This document shows, piece after piece, positions 1-11,281 of a DNA stretch of 64,000 bases (position 1 is the first letter of the stretch; every line of letters starts with the position of its first letter). The translations under genes were made by a program, and so were the position numbers. Source of the DNA: Escherichia coli (GTDB lineage Bacteria; Pseudomonadota; Gammaproteobacteria; Enterobacterales; Enterobacteriaceae). The notes under the pieces are model-generated. The model did not search any database and was not told the DNA's origin. It was given only the letters and a program-made list of their open reading frames with translations. The stretch is taken from NCBI RefSeq assembly GCF_041886205.1, contig NZ_CP169029.1. One strand, 5' to 3'.

Positions 1-1
1 C

Positions 2-1729
2 GATTTAAGCAGTGTGCAAAATGTGGAAGTGCTGCGTGGCCCCTTCTCTGCCCTGTATGGCAACGCGTCTGGCGGTGTAATGAATGTCACCACCCAGACC
101 GGGCAACAGCCACCAACCATTGAAGCCAGCAGTTACTACGGCAGTTTTGGCAGCTGGCGCTATGGGCTCAAAGCAACGGGTGCAACGGGCGACGGCACAC
201 AGCCCGGCGATGTCGATTACACCGTCTCAACCACGCGTTTTACGACCCACGGCTATCGTGACCATAGTGGCGCACAGAAAAATTTAGCTAATGCCAAACT
301 GGGCGTACGCATTGATGACGCCAGCAAATTAAGCCTGATTTTCAATAGCGTGGATATCAAAGCAGATGACCCTGGTGGGCTAACCAAAGCAGAATGGAAA
401 GCGAATCCGCAACAAGCGCCACGCGCTGAACAATACGACACGCGAAAAACCATCAAGCAAACTCAGGCTGGGTTGTGCTATGAACGTAGCCTGAGTTCGC
501 GGGATGATATGAGTGTGATGATGTATGCCGGAGAGCGAGAAACGACCCAGTACCAGTCAATACCCATGGCACCACAACTTAACCCGTCACATGCGGGCGG
601 CGTGATTACCCTGCAACGCCATTACCAGGGAATAGACAGCCGCTGGACACACCGTGGTGAACTGGGCGTTCCGGTCACGTTCACTACCGGCCTGAACTAC
701 GAAAACATGAGTGAAAACCGCAAGGGCTACAATAACTTCCGCCTGAATAGCGGCATGCCGGAGTACGGGCAAAAAGGTGAGTTGCGTCGCGACGAACGCA
801 ATCTGATGTGGAACATCGATCCCTATTTACAGACGCAGTGGCAGCTGAGCGAAAAACTGTCGCTGGATGCTGGCGTGCGCTACAGCTCCGTGTGGTTTGA
901 TTCCAACGACCATTACATTACTCCGGGTAACGGCGATGACAGCGGTGATGCCAGTTATCACAAATGGCTACCAGCCGGATCGTTAAAATATGCAATGACC
1001 GATGCCTGGAATATCTATCTGGCAGCCGGGCGTGGTTTTGAAACGCCGACGATTAATGAGCTGTCTTATCGGGCTGATGGGCAAAGCGGTATGAACTTTG
1101 GTTTAAAACCATCCACCAACGATACAATTGAGATCGGCAGTAAAACGCGTATTGGTGATGGGCTGCTTAGTCTCGCATTGTTCCAGACCGACACCGATGA
1201 TGAAATTGTTGTCGATAGCAGTAGCGGTGGGCGTACGACTTACAAAAATGCTGGAAAGACCCGTCGTCAAGGCGCTGAACTGGCATGGGATCAACGTTTC
1301 GCGGGAGATTTTCGCGTAAACGCGTCCTGGACCTGGCTTGATGCGACCTATCGCAGCAATGTTTGCAATGAACAGGATTGTAACGGTAATCGGATGCCTG
1401 GGATCGCCCGTAATATGGGCTTTGCGTCGATAGGTTATGTACCGGAAGATGGCTGGTATGCAGGCACGGAAGCGCGTTATATGGGCGATATTATGGCAGA
1501 TGATGAAAATACGGCCAAGGCGCCGTCTTATACTCTCATCGGCTTATTCACCGGGTATAAATACAATTACCACAATTTAACTGTGGATTTATTTGGTCGT
1601 GTCGATAATTTATTCGATAAAGAATACGTTGGTTCTGTCATTGTCAATGAGTCAAACGGGCGATATTACGAACCTGCGCCCGGGCGAAATTATGGTGTCG
1701 GCGTGAATATCGCATGGCGATTTGAGTAA
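2..1729 (+). CDS. yncD: TonB-dependent outer-membrane receptor, C-terminal ~575 aa; 5' end lies before the window
   Basis: Open frame runs from window edge to stop at 1727-1729; beta-barrel receptor-like sequence; synteny next to mcbR/curA. Confidence 0.85.
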   Translation, partial: DLSSVQNVEVLRGPFSALYGNASGGVMNVTTQTGQQPPTIEASSYYGSFGSWRYGLKATGATGDGTQPGDVDYTVSTTRFTTHGYRDHSGAQKNLANAKLGVRIDDASKLSLIFNSVDIKADDPGGLTKAEWKANPQQAPRAEQYDTRKTIKQTQAGLCYERSLSSRDDMSVMMYAGERETTQYQSIPMAPQLNPSHAGGVITLQRHYQGIDSRWTHRGELGVPVTFTTGLNYENMSENRKGYNNFRLNSGMPEYGQKGELRRDERNLMWNIDPYLQTQWQLSEKLSLDAGVRYSSVWFDSNDHYITPGNGDDSGDASYHKWLPAGSLKYAMTDAWNIYLAAGRGFETPTINELSYRADGQSGMNFGLKPSTNDTIEIGSKTRIGDGLLSLALFQTDTDDEIVVDSSSGGRTTYKNAGKTRRQGAELAWDQRFAGDFRVNASWTWLDATYRSNVCNEQDCNGNRMPGIARNMGFASIGYVPEDGWYAGTEARYMGDIMADDENTAKAPSYTLIGLFTGYKYNYHNLTVDLFGRVDNLFDKEYVGSVIVNESNGRYYEPAPGRNYGVGVNIAWRFE

Positions 1730-1738
1730 TTACCTTGA

Positions 1739-1766
1739 TGCCCGGTATTTGCCGGGCATTTACTTT
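1739..1766 (+). terminator. Rho-independent terminator downstream of yncD
   Basis: GC hairpin GCCCGG-tatttg-CCGGGC followed by T-rich tract immediately after yncD stop. Confidence 0.6.
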
Positions 1767-2430
1767 AACGATTGTATTGCTGGTATAAAATAGCAATATT
1801 TTGTTGCATAATTTCAGCAAGACAATGTCTGCATCCCTCTTTGTCTTTTGCTTTTAACGCAGCGAGTAACAGATGATAGTTTTCTATATGCTCCCGTAAT
1901 TCCGCTGGATTAATCGCTTCATAGAGATAATGTAAACCAGGTCCCATCCTGACCCACAGTTGCTCAATCATCTCACACAGGATGGGCATATTTGAGCGAT
2001 GATAAATCGCTAAGCGAAATAGCCTGTTTACATTAATGATTTGTTCCATGTCGCCCTTTTCTTGCGCCTGCTGTAATTTCTCGAGCAATTCCTGGAGTTC
2101 CGCCAGGTCTTGCGGGGTGAGGTTTTCAACAGCCAGAGCAACTGCCATTAATTCCAGTTCGTAGCGGATCCGATTGATTTCGTCTAATTGACGTTTCCCC
2201 ACTTCCGGAACTGTAAATGCTTGCGCTGGTGCGACAGAAAGCGCATTCACCGAAACCAGACGTAATAATGCTTCACGCACAGGTGTAATACTCATACCTA
2301 ATTGCTCCGCCAGATTTTTAGTAATAAGGCGTGCGCCAGGTTTTAGTGCGCCAATACTAAGCTGATGTTTCAGGTCGTTCTCAACCTGCAGAGTCAAACT
2401 GACATGTTTCATTTTTTCCGTTCCAGGCAT
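1765..2430 (-). CDS. mcbR: GntR-family transcriptional regulator McbR (YncC), 221 aa
   Basis: ORF 1765..2487; N-terminal HTH, FCD-type C-terminus; ATG at 2430 gives 221 aa. Confidence 0.85.
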   Translation of the reverse strand: MPGTEKMKHVSLTLQVENDLKHQLSIGALKPGARLITKNLAEQLGMSITPVREALLRLVSVNALSVAPAQAFTVPEVGKRQLDEINRIRYELELMAVALAVENLTPQDLAELQELLEKLQQAQEKGDMEQIINVNRLFRLAIYHRSNMPILCEMIEQLWVRMGPGLHYLYEAINPAELREHIENYHLLLAALKAKDKEGCRHCLAEIMQQNIAILYQQYNR

Positions 2431-2627
2431 TTTAATTCCTTCGCGTGTTTTCTGTCCAACCCTGCCTGCATGGCAGAAGGAATTCACCTGGTGTATTAAA
2501 GTGAATAATCATAAACCACTCACCTTTGTTGTTATTAGCAGCAGAACAATGATGTGGTTAGTTAATTAAAGCTGAAAATAAGCTTTTTGCCTGGATTTTT
2601 ATGGCGGCTTACGCCGCCGTTGAAACT

Positions 2628-3665
2628 TTAATCATCACCCGCCACGCGGATCACCACTTTGCCGAAGTTTTTACCCTTCAGCAGGCCGATAAACGTCTGT
2701 GGCGCATTCTCTAAACCGTCAGTAATTTCTTCGCGGTAGTGGATTTTATCCTCTTTCACCCATTGCCCCATCTCCCTCTGAAACTCATGGATGCGGTGAC
2801 CATAATCCTGAGCGATAATAAAACCTTGCAAGCGAATACGTTTTTTCAGCACTGTAGCCATCAACAGAGGTAAACGATCCGGACCGGGTGGTAGCTCTGT
2901 AGCGTTATAGCTGCTCACTAATCCGCAGACGGGAATGCGCGCAGATGTATTAAGTAACGGTAGCACCGCATCGAATACCTTACCGCCCACGTTTTCATAA
3001 TAGATATCAATACCTTTTGGGCACGCTTTCGCCAGTTGTTCGGCAAAATCATCCGCGTGGTGATCAAGACAAACATCGAAGCCTAACACCTCGGTAGCAT
3101 GGCGGCATTTTTCCGCGCCACCGGCTACCCCCACCACTCTGCAACCTTTAAGTTTGCCGATTTGCCCCACCGTCGCCCCCACTGGTCCTGTCGCCGCAGC
3201 TACCACCAACGTTTCGCCCTCTTTAGGCTGACCGATATCCAGCAGCCCCATATAAGCGGTAAAGCCTGGCATCCCCAGCACACCCAGCGACCACGATGGA
3301 TTTTGCGGATGATCGCCAAGTTTCACCAGATCATCACCACTGGATATGTCATAGTCCTGCCATCCACTGTAGCCCAGCACCCAGTCGCCAGGCTGATAAT
3401 CAGGATGATTCGACTCCACAACACGGCTCACCGTGCCGCCGACCATCACGCCGCCAATATCAACAGGCGGTGAATAAGATGGCTCATCGCTCATACGTCC
3501 ACGCATATACGGGTCCAAGGACAAATAAACTGTGCGCAGTAACACCTGTCCTTCACCCGCTGTGGCGACATCATCTTCTTCAAGACGGAAATTCTCCGGA
3601 ACCGGTGCGCCATGTGGACGCGAGGCCAGAACCCAACGTCGATTACGCTGCTTTTGTTGCCCCAT
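2628..3665 (-). CDS. curA: NADPH-dependent curcumin/dihydrocurcumin reductase, 345 aa
   Basis: ORF 2628..3770; zinc-independent MDR-family oxidoreductase sequence; start at MGQQKQRNRRW (ATG 3665). Confidence 0.9.
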   Translation of the reverse strand: MGQQKQRNRRWVLASRPHGAPVPENFRLEEDDVATAGEGQVLLRTVYLSLDPYMRGRMSDEPSYSPPVDIGGVMVGGTVSRVVESNHPDYQPGDWVLGYSGWQDYDISSGDDLVKLGDHPQNPSWSLGVLGMPGFTAYMGLLDIGQPKEGETLVVAAATGPVGATVGQIGKLKGCRVVGVAGGAEKCRHATEVLGFDVCLDHHADDFAEQLAKACPKGIDIYYENVGGKVFDAVLPLLNTSARIPVCGLVSSYNATELPPGPDRLPLLMATVLKKRIRLQGFIIAQDYGHRIHEFQREMGQWVKEDKIHYREEITDGLENAPQTFIGLLKGKNFGKVVIRVAGDD

Positions 3666-3844
3666 AATGCTCTCCTGTGCTTTTGGCATGAATCCATCAA
3701 TAGTAGCAGGCTCACGGGATTGGTTTTGTTTGCAGCCGTCACATCCCCTCTGAACACGCAATAATTTCATCGAGGAATCCGTTGCTTCGGGCTGTTATCG
3801 ATAGTATTGATAACATCATCATCATTATTTTATCGAGGCCAGAC

Positions 3845-4363
3845 ATGTCCATCCGTTTTGCCCGCAAAGCCGATTGTGCTGCTATTGCGGAAATTTATAA
3901 CCACGCCGTGTTGTATACGGCGGCTATCTGGAATGACCAAACGGTGGATGCAGATAACCGCATTGCCTGGTTTGAAGCGCGGACTTTAGCTGGTTATCCG
4001 GTGCTGGTGAGCGAAGAAGATGGCGTAGTGACGGGATATGCCTCGTTTGGCGACTGGCGTAGTTTCGATGGTTTTCGCCATACCGTGGAACATTCGGTTT
4101 ATGTCCATCCCGATCATCAGGGCAAAGGTCTGGGGCGTAAATTGTTAAGCCGATTGATTGATGAAGCGCGGGATTGCGGGAAGCATGTCATGGTCGCCGG
4201 GATCGAATCGCAAAATCAGGCCTCGCTGCATCTGCACCAGTCGCTGGGATTTGTCGTCACCGCACAAATGCCGCAGGTGGGCACTAAATTTGGGCGCTGG
4301 CTGGATCTGACATTTATGCAGTTGCAACTCGACGAACGCACTGAACCGGACGCGATTGGATGA
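3845..4363 (+). CDS. mnaT: GNAT N-acyltransferase MnaT (YncA), 172 aa
   Basis: ORF 3782..4363; start MSIRFARKAD at ATG 3845; GNAT motifs. Confidence 0.85.
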   Translation: MSIRFARKADCAAIAEIYNHAVLYTAAIWNDQTVDADNRIAWFEARTLAGYPVLVSEEDGVVTGYASFGDWRSFDGFRHTVEHSVYVHPDHQGKGLGRKLLSRLIDEARDCGKHVMVAGIESQNQASLHLHQSLGFVVTAQMPQVGTKFGRWLDLTFMQLQLDERTEPDAIG

Positions 4364-4809
4364 ATCAGTCGCTCACCCTTGCCTTTTTGATTGCCGCCGG
4401 AATTGGTCTGGTAGTCCAGAACACGCTGATGGTGCGCATCACCCAGACCTCCTCTACCATTCTCATCGCCATGTTGCTGAACTCACTGGTGGGGATTGTG
4501 CTCTTTGTTTCTATTTTATGGTTTAAACAAGGTATGGCGGGGTTTGGCGAACTGGTGTCCAGCGTGCGCTGGTGGACACTTATACCTGGCTTGCTGGGAT
4601 CGTTTTTTGTCTTCGCCAGTATCAGCGGATATCAGAATGTGGGAGCGGCGACAACTATTGCAGTACTGGTCGCCAGCCAGCTGATTGGCGGTCTGGTTCT
4701 GGATATCTTCCGCAGTCATGGCGTACCACTACGGGCGTTGTTCGGCCCAATTTGTGGCGCAATTTTACTTGTGGTTGGCGCCTGGTTGGTGGCCAGACGC
4801 TCATTTTAA
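4360..4809 (+). CDS. ydcZ: Inner-membrane protein YdcZ, 149 aa
   Basis: ORF 4360..4809, hydrophobic; start overlaps mnaT stop (ATGA). Confidence 0.85.
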   Translation: MNQSLTLAFLIAAGIGLVVQNTLMVRITQTSSTILIAMLLNSLVGIVLFVSILWFKQGMAGFGELVSSVRWWTLIPGLLGSFFVFASISGYQNVGAATTIAVLVASQLIGGLVLDIFRSHGVPLRALFGPICGAILLVVGAWLVARRSF

Positions 4810-5043
4810 TCAGAGGATGGTGCCGCCTTTGGTTAACTGTTCGTGGCGCGCTTCCATATCTTCTTTATGCTTGCGACCGTGATGGGCAATAGCGGTGCGC
4901 AAGCGCTGCTGCTGGGTGTAGCGATCTTCCCGACTTAACTCCGCGTCATCGCTCAGGGCGATTAATAATTCGTTCATATGGGCAATGACGCTCTCTTCAA
5001 TCGCGGCATCCACGCGCGCGATGACTTCATCCAGATGCGACAT
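4810..5043 (-). CDS. ydcY: Small protein YdcY, 77 aa
   Basis: ORF 4810..5043; convergent with ydcZ with no gap. Confidence 0.8.
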   Translation of the reverse strand: MSHLDEVIARVDAAIEESVIAHMNELLIALSDDAELSREDRYTQQQRLRTAIAHHGRKHKEDMEARHEQLTKGGTIL

Positions 5044-5128
5044 ACTTTCTCCTTAGCCACTTGTGAAATTTATCGATTCATCCAAATGATATAAGTCTGT
5101 GTGGTGCCGTCAAGCCAGTGAGTAAGAT

Positions 5129-5302
5129 TTAAAACAGTGAAAACAACAGCGCCACCGGGAAACTCATCGGCCATGTTGCCCCCACCAGAAAGGCGCTTAA
5201 GAAACGGATGCGTTTCTTATCGTGAGAAAGAAACCAGGTGATAAGAAATGCGATTGCTGCCATAACCGCATAAAAAACAAGCATGTGTTGATAGAGAGAC
5301 AT
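5129..5302 (-). CDS. ortT: Orphan membrane toxin OrtT (YdcX), 57 aa
   Basis: ORF 5129..5350; internal ATG at 5302 gives 57-aa hydrophobic peptide MSLYQHMLVFYAV... Confidence 0.8.
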   Translation of the reverse strand: MSLYQHMLVFYAVMAAIAFLITWFLSHDKKRIRFLSAFLVGATWPMSFPVALLFSLF

Positions 5303-5496
5303 GTACGGGCGTCCAGCCAGATGAATAAAACGCGCGCAAATATGCGTCATTTTTTGACGTGCATCAAGTTTTTTAACCGGTTTGAGAAAAAAACATCAAA
5401 CAGCAACTTGCCCTTATCCATCTTCAGAATGAGTATGATTGCGGATTTTCTTAACCCGTACTATACACATAGGGGCAATGATAAAAGGTGGCAAAA

Positions 5497-5592
5497 ATGA
5501 ATGTTTCCAGTAGAACTGTAGTACTGATAAATGTCTTTGCTGCTGTTGGTTTGTTTACTCTTATCTCTATGAGATTTGGCTGGTTTATTTGA
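5497..5592 (+). CDS. yncL: Small membrane protein YncL, 31 aa
   Basis: ATG 5497 to TGA 5590-5592 translates to MNVSSRTVVLINVFAAVGLFTLISMRFGWFI; below ORF-track size cutoff. Confidence 0.75.
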   Translation: MNVSSRTVVLINVFAAVGLFTLISMRFGWFI

Positions 5593-5688
5593 TGTAGTGA
5601 TTTTGCACGCAGCACGTACTGTCAGAGAAATCAACTCTCTGACAGTACGCAAGATCATCTCATACTCTTACGATCTGCAATATTATCC

Positions 5689-7113
5689 TTAATGTTTAAC
5701 CATGACGTGGCGGACGACGGTGTAATCCTCCAGCCCATAAAGTGACATATCCTTGCCGTAACCAGAAAGTTTCTGCCCACCGTGCGGCATTTCACTTACC
5801 AGCATGAAATGGGTATTGACCCAGGTACAACCATATTGCAGCCGTGCGCTGACGCGATGCGCCCTGCCCACATCTTTAGTCCATACCGAAGATGCAAGTC
5901 CGTACTGGCTGTCATTCGCCCAGTTCACCACCTGTTCTTCGTTGTCGAAGAGCGTAACACTCACTACTGGACCAAATACCTCTTTTTGCACGATGGCATC
6001 GTCCTGTAATGCGCCAGCCAGCAGCGTCGGCGCATAGTAATAGCCATTACCCTTGCGCTTTTCACCGCCGGTGATCACTTTGATATGCCCTGTCGCTTTC
6101 GCCTCTTCTACCGCCTTGCTGACGCGTTCGAGATGCGCCAGCGAGCTTAAAGGTCCAAGCTCCGTAGACTCGTCATCCGGCGCACCCGATTTTAACGTTG
6201 CCACCGCAGCACCGAGTTTTTCCACCAGCGTATCGTAAATGCCTTTTTGCGCGTAGATCCGACAAGCCGCAGTACAATCCTGTCCGGCATTGTAATAGCC
6301 AAATGTACGTACACCTTCGACCACTGCTTCAATATCCGCATCATCAAAAACAATCACTGGCGCTTTGCCACCAAGTTCCATATGAGTACGCTTAATGGAG
6401 GGCGCGGTATGGCTGATGATGTGCTCGCCGGTGGCGATAGAGCCCGTCAGCGACACCATCCGCACTTTGGGATGACCGGTCAGCGGATCCCCCACCGTTT
6501 TGCCTCTGCCAAACAGTACGTTAATCACGCCTGCCGGGAAGATATCTTTCGCCAGCTCTGCCAACTTCAACGCGGTCAGCGGGGTAATTTCTGATGGTTT
6601 AAGCACTACGCAGTTCCCTGCCGCCAGCGCCGGAGCCAGTTTCCACGCTGCCATCATCAGCGGATAATTCCACGGTGCGATAGAAGCCACGACCCCCAAC
6701 GGATCGCGACGGATCATCGAAGTATGACCTTCAAGATATTCACCTGCCGCCAGACCATTCAGACAGCGCGCCGCACCCGCGAAAAAGCGAAAAACATCGA
6801 CAATCGCCGGGATTTCATCATTGAACGCACTATGCAGCGGTTTGCCACAATTACGGGACTCCAGTTCGGCAAAAACCTGACCATTTTCTTCGATAACATC
6901 AGCCAGTTTCAGCAGACATTCCGCACGCACTTTCGGCGTGGTTTGCCCCCATTCGGCAAATGCTGCATCTGCCGCGCGCACAGCAGCATCGACCTGCTCT
7001 GCGGATGCCTCGGCAATCTCCAGTAAAACGTCCCCCGTTGCCGGATTATAGACAGGCTGTTTTTCCCCTTCGCCGCTAACCAGTTCTCCGTTAATCAGTA
7101 ACTTATGTTGCAT
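5689..7113 (-). CDS. patD: Gamma-aminobutyraldehyde dehydrogenase PatD (YdcW/Prr), 474 aa
   Basis: ORF 5689..7113; aldehyde dehydrogenase family with catalytic Cys/Glu region. Confidence 0.9.
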   Translation of the reverse strand: MQHKLLINGELVSGEGEKQPVYNPATGDVLLEIAEASAEQVDAAVRAADAAFAEWGQTTPKVRAECLLKLADVIEENGQVFAELESRNCGKPLHSAFNDEIPAIVDVFRFFAGAARCLNGLAAGEYLEGHTSMIRRDPLGVVASIAPWNYPLMMAAWKLAPALAAGNCVVLKPSEITPLTALKLAELAKDIFPAGVINVLFGRGKTVGDPLTGHPKVRMVSLTGSIATGEHIISHTAPSIKRTHMELGGKAPVIVFDDADIEAVVEGVRTFGYYNAGQDCTAACRIYAQKGIYDTLVEKLGAAVATLKSGAPDDESTELGPLSSLAHLERVSKAVEEAKATGHIKVITGGEKRKGNGYYYAPTLLAGALQDDAIVQKEVFGPVVSVTLFDNEEQVVNWANDSQYGLASSVWTKDVGRAHRVSARLQYGCTWVNTHFMLVSEMPHGGQKLSGYGKDMSLYGLEDYTVVRHVMVKH

Positions 7114-7134
7114 AGCATATTCCTGTATCAGTGG

Positions 7135-7929
7135 TTATTGACCATTGTCGCCTTCGCGGGTTAGCCACCAGGCCCCCAGGATCGGCAAGGTTGTTACCAA
7201 CATAACCAGCAGTGCCACCACGTTAGTTACCGGTACATCACGCGGTCGCCCAAGCTGATTGAGCAACCACAACGGTAACGTTCGTTCATGACCTGCCGTA
7301 AAAGTCGTAACGATGATTTCATCGAACGACAAGGCAAACGCCAGCATTCCTCCTGCCAGTAGCGCCGAACTGAGATTCGGCAACACTACGTAGCGGAAGG
7401 TTTGCCAGCCATTGGCCCCAAGATCCATTGACGCCTCAACCAGACTCCACGAGGTGCGGCGAAAACGGGCGATGACATTGTTAAACACCACCACTACGCA
7501 AAAAGTCGCATGACCGACCACGATGGTGAAAAATCCCGGCTCCAGATTGATGGTTTTAAAAGCGGTTAATAGCGCCAGACCAGTGACAATGCCCGGCAGC
7601 GCAATGGGCAGCAGCAGTAACAGCGAAATGGCGTTTTTGCCGAAAAAGTCTCGTCGCCACAGCGCGGCAGCTGCCAGCGTCCCTAACACCAGCGCCATTA
7701 ATGTCGCCAGCGCCGCCACTTTAAGTGACAGTGTCACGGCATCAAGAATATCACTACGCTGTGCTGCCACGCTAAACCAGCGCAGCGTCAGGCCCTGCGG
7801 TGGAAAACTAAACGCCGCATCTTCAGTGTTAAACGCATAGGCGGCGATTATCAGGATGGGAAAATGTAGGAAAACAACGCCGCCCCAGGCCGCCAGTTTG
7901 AGGAAAAACGGTGCGCGATCAGAGTGCAT
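7135..7929 (-). CDS. ydcV: ABC transporter permease YdcV, 264 aa
   Basis: ORF 7135..7929; hydrophobic permease sequence; last gene of ydcSTUV. Confidence 0.9.
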   Translation of the reverse strand: MHSDRAPFFLKLAAWGGVVFLHFPILIIAAYAFNTEDAAFSFPPQGLTLRWFSVAAQRSDILDAVTLSLKVAALATLMALVLGTLAAAALWRRDFFGKNAISLLLLLPIALPGIVTGLALLTAFKTINLEPGFFTIVVGHATFCVVVVFNNVIARFRRTSWSLVEASMDLGANGWQTFRYVVLPNLSSALLAGGMLAFALSFDEIIVTTFTAGHERTLPLWLLNQLGRPRDVPVTNVVALLVMLVTTLPILGAWWLTREGDNGQ

Positions 7930-8860
7930 CGAACGCTCCCAGACGTTTCACGAACGCCAGGTACAGTGCGATAAGAACAATCGGCACCAGGGTGAATGCC
8001 GCCGCCATCGGCATATTGCCAATCGCCCCCTGCTGGGAATAAACCATATTGCCGATAAAATATCCTGGCGGGCCAACCAGCTGCGGGACGATAAAATCGC
8101 CCAGTGTGAGTGAGAAGGTAAAGATAGAGCCAGCGGCAATACCCGGGATCGCCAGCGGCAGCACCACATAGCGAAAGGTTTGTCGTGGACGTGCGCCGAG
8201 ATCAGCCGACGCCTGCAACAATGACGGCGGCAAACGCTCAAGCGCCGCCTGCACGGGCAGGATCATGAACGGTAGCCAGATATAGAGAAACACCAGAAAG
8301 CGCCCCAGCCCGGAAGTTGACAGCGTATTGCCGCCCACCGCAGGTAATGTAAGGAACGCAGTCAGCAGTGGTTCCAGCCCAAGATGTTGTAAAAACCACT
8401 GAGCCACGCCATCTTTTGCCAGCAATAACGTCCAGGCATAGGCTTTAACAATGTAGCTCGCCCACATCGGCAACATTACCGCGATATAAAAAAACGCTTT
8501 CATTTTTCCGCTGGTATAGCGCGCCATATACCACGCCATTGGAAAAGCCAGAATGGCGCTGGCGATAGTGACTGCCACAGCCATGGTCAGCGTGCGGAGA
8601 ATGATGTCGTAATTCGCCGGATTAAACAGCGCACGGATATTCGCCAACGTCAGTTCCGGCGTTACCGACATGGTGAAATCGTCAAAGGTATAAAAGCCCT
8701 GCCATAACAGTGTTAGCAGCGAGCCGAAATAGACAATGCCAAACCACATTAGCGGGCCAAGCAGCAGCAAAAACAGCCCCCGCCCCGGATTACGCCAAAA
8801 GAAACCGGACACCTTACCCAGACCTGGACGTGAAGGTGATTGCAATACATTCATCGCCAT
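7919..8860 (-). CDS. ydcU: ABC transporter permease YdcU, 313 aa
   Basis: ORF 7919..8860; overlaps ydcV start by 11 nt. Confidence 0.9.
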   Translation of the reverse strand: MAMNVLQSPSRPGLGKVSGFFWRNPGRGLFLLLLGPLMWFGIVYFGSLLTLLWQGFYTFDDFTMSVTPELTLANIRALFNPANYDIILRTLTMAVAVTIASAILAFPMAWYMARYTSGKMKAFFYIAVMLPMWASYIVKAYAWTLLLAKDGVAQWFLQHLGLEPLLTAFLTLPAVGGNTLSTSGLGRFLVFLYIWLPFMILPVQAALERLPPSLLQASADLGARPRQTFRYVVLPLAIPGIAAGSIFTFSLTLGDFIVPQLVGPPGYFIGNMVYSQQGAIGNMPMAAAFTLVPIVLIALYLAFVKRLGAFDAL

Positions 8861-9874
8861 TCACCTCTCCTCAACCAGCGGCACCATCACATCACGCGAC
8901 CAGGAAACCATCACCTGTTGTCCGGGCGTGAGCGTGGCAGGCAGTTCTTCGCCTGTCATATTGGCCTGACTCACAAGCAGTTTTTCACCGCCGTTCAATT
9001 TCAGTTCAAAACGAGTTGCCGCGCCCTGATATTGCACCGCCTGGATCGTGCCATTGGCCTGCAGTTCACCAGGGGTGTTGAGGCGGATATGTTCCGGTCG
9101 CAGGGCGAAGCTTCCCGTCATGCCACAAAGTTTCTCTGCCATCAGTCCATCAAAAACATTCGATGTACCAACGAACCCGGCAACAAACGGCGTGTGCGGG
9201 CGCATATAGAGATCGCGCGGGGAATCGACCTGCTCAATGCGTCCATTATTGAAAACCGCCACACGATCGGACATCGATAACGCTTCGCCCTGATCGTGGG
9301 TAACGAAGATAAAAGTGATACCGAGAGACTGTTGCAGTTTTTTCAGTTCCAGCTGCATCTGCTCACGCAATTTGAGATCCAGTGCGCCGAGCGGTTCATC
9401 CAACAGCAATACGCGCGGTTCATTCACCAATGCTCTGGCGATAGCAACCCGCTGGCGCTGACCACCAGAAAGTTGTGACGGTTTACGTTGCTGTACAAAC
9501 CCCAGCGCCACTTTCTCCAGCGCTTCTTGCGCCATTGCGTGCCGCTGCTTTTTATTCACGCCTTTGACCATCAGCCCATAGGCGACGTTGTCAAGAATCG
9601 ACATATGCGGAAACAGCGCATAGTCCTGGAAGACAGTATTCACGTCCCGCTCCCACGGTGGCAGATTGCTGGCGGGTTTACCAAAGATAGAGATAGCCCC
9701 GCCGGAAAGCTGTTCGAAGCCAGCAATCAGGCGCAGGCAGGTAGTTTTGCCGGAGCCGGACGGCCCCAGCATAGAGAAGAACTCACCATCTTTTATCGCA
9801 ATACTGACGCCATCTACTGCGCGCACGTCACCGTACAACCGCGAGACGTTGTCAAACTCCACTGCGTACGTCAT
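8861..9874 (-). CDS. ydcT: ABC transporter ATP-binding protein YdcT, 337 aa
   Basis: ORF 8861..9874; Walker A GPSGSGKTT and LSGGQRQR signature. Confidence 0.9.
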   Translation of the reverse strand: MTYAVEFDNVSRLYGDVRAVDGVSIAIKDGEFFSMLGPSGSGKTTCLRLIAGFEQLSGGAISIFGKPASNLPPWERDVNTVFQDYALFPHMSILDNVAYGLMVKGVNKKQRHAMAQEALEKVALGFVQQRKPSQLSGGQRQRVAIARALVNEPRVLLLDEPLGALDLKLREQMQLELKKLQQSLGITFIFVTHDQGEALSMSDRVAVFNNGRIEQVDSPRDLYMRPHTPFVAGFVGTSNVFDGLMAEKLCGMTGSFALRPEHIRLNTPGELQANGTIQAVQYQGAATRFELKLNGGEKLLVSQANMTGEELPATLTPGQQVMVSWSRDVMVPLVEER

Positions 9875-9891
9875 AAAGCACCCCAGCGAAG

Positions 9892-11037
9892 TTAGCGACC
9901 GCCCATAATGGCAATGTAATCCTGCGTCCAGCGACTGTAGGGAACAAACTTGCCCCCTTCTGCTATAGGCGTTTTCCAGAAGGCTATTTTATCGAAATAG
10001 TTAAAACCGTTTGTTTCACAACCTTTCTCGCCTAATAACGAACTGGCTTTACACCCTTCCGGCACGACGGGTAACGAGCCAAACCAGGCCGCCACATCGC
10101 CCTGCACTTTTGGCGTTAATGACCAGTTCATCCATTTGTAGGCGCAAACCGGATGTTTCGCTTCGCTATGCAGCATGGTGGTATCAGCCCAACCGGTAAC
10201 ACCCTCCTTCGGGAAAACGGTAGCAACAGGCTGGCCTTCGGCTTTCAGGGCGTTGGCCTGATAGGGCCAGGCACTGGAAGCAACCACACCCTCGTTTTTG
10301 AAATCGCTCATTTGCACGGTAGTGTCATGCCAGTAGCGATGGATCAAACTGTGTTGAGCGCGCAGCACTTTCAGCACCGCCTGGTACTGTTCTTCGGTGA
10401 GTTGATACGGATCGCTGATGCCCAACTGCGGCTGAGTGGCTTTAACGAACAACGCAGCGTCCGCAATATAGATCGGGCCATCATAAGCCTGAACGCGGCC
10501 TTTATTGCTCTTGCCGTCCGGCAGATTTTGCTCAACAAAAACCACTTGCCAGCTATCCGGCGGCGTCGGGAAGGTTTTAGTGTTGTACATCAGCAGATTC
10601 GGCCCCCACTGGTATGGTGTGCCGTAAACTTTGCCGCCAACATTGAACCAGTCGCCTTTAACCACGCGGGGATCGAGCGTTTTCCAGTTGGGGATCAATG
10701 CGGTATTAATCGGCTGCACGCGTTTACCCATAATCAGGCGCAGCGAGGCATCGCCGGATGCAGTAACCAGATCGTAACCCCCTTTGGTCATCAGACTGAC
10801 CATTTCATCGGAAGTCGCGGCGGTTTTCACATTCACCGCGCAGCCTGTCTCTTTTTCGAATTGCGTTACCCAGTCGTATTGTTTATCAGTTTGTCCGCGT
10901 TCGATATATCCCGGCCAGGCGATAATATCCAGTCGCCCTTCCGGTTTATCTAAATTGGTAGGCGGTTCGGCGGCGTGAGCGGTCATTATTGTCATGCTGA
11001 GCGCACACAGGCTGCTGCGGGCAAATGTCTTGCTCAT
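9892..11037 (-). CDS. ydcS: Periplasmic substrate-binding protein YdcS (polyamine-binding family), 381 aa
   Basis: ORF 9892..11037; N-terminal signal peptide. Confidence 0.9.
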   Translation of the reverse strand: MSKTFARSSLCALSMTIMTAHAAEPPTNLDKPEGRLDIIAWPGYIERGQTDKQYDWVTQFEKETGCAVNVKTAATSDEMVSLMTKGGYDLVTASGDASLRLIMGKRVQPINTALIPNWKTLDPRVVKGDWFNVGGKVYGTPYQWGPNLLMYNTKTFPTPPDSWQVVFVEQNLPDGKSNKGRVQAYDGPIYIADAALFVKATQPQLGISDPYQLTEEQYQAVLKVLRAQHSLIHRYWHDTTVQMSDFKNEGVVASSAWPYQANALKAEGQPVATVFPKEGVTGWADTTMLHSEAKHPVCAYKWMNWSLTPKVQGDVAAWFGSLPVVPEGCKASSLLGEKGCETNGFNYFDKIAFWKTPIAEGGKFVPYSRWTQDYIAIMGGR

Positions 11038-11281
11038 AAAGTCTTACTCCTGTCGTAATTAATTGTTCAGCCGCCGTGCCGTAAAAATATCTCCTTGTTT
11101 AACCATAGACGGCGGCTTGCAGGCACACCTTCGCCCCTGAGAAAATTTAATCAGGTTGTGAGCTACCGCGCATTATGCCGTCTGTAAGGTTATCTTCTGG
11201 AGTATAGACAAGGAGTTAGGAAATATGACTGCTATTCGAAATTCATATTACCCAATCTAAGAGGAATTAAATTAAACGCTA

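Noticed and set aside
2600-2620. GGCGGC-ttac-GCCGCC hairpin just downstream of curA
   Set aside because: Not followed by a U-run on the minus-strand transcript; left uncalled.
10153-10953. 266-aa plus-strand ORF antisense to ydcS
   Set aside because: Entirely embedded in the ydcS coding region on the opposite strand; no independent start context.
11209-11260. 11-codon plus-strand mini-ORF (MTAIRNSYYPI) with a strong AAGGAG Shine-Dalgarno in the ydcR-ydcS intergenic region
   Set aside because: Lies antisense to the ydcS promoter/leader with no supporting context; cannot be distinguished from chance by eye, though it could be checked by ribosome profiling.
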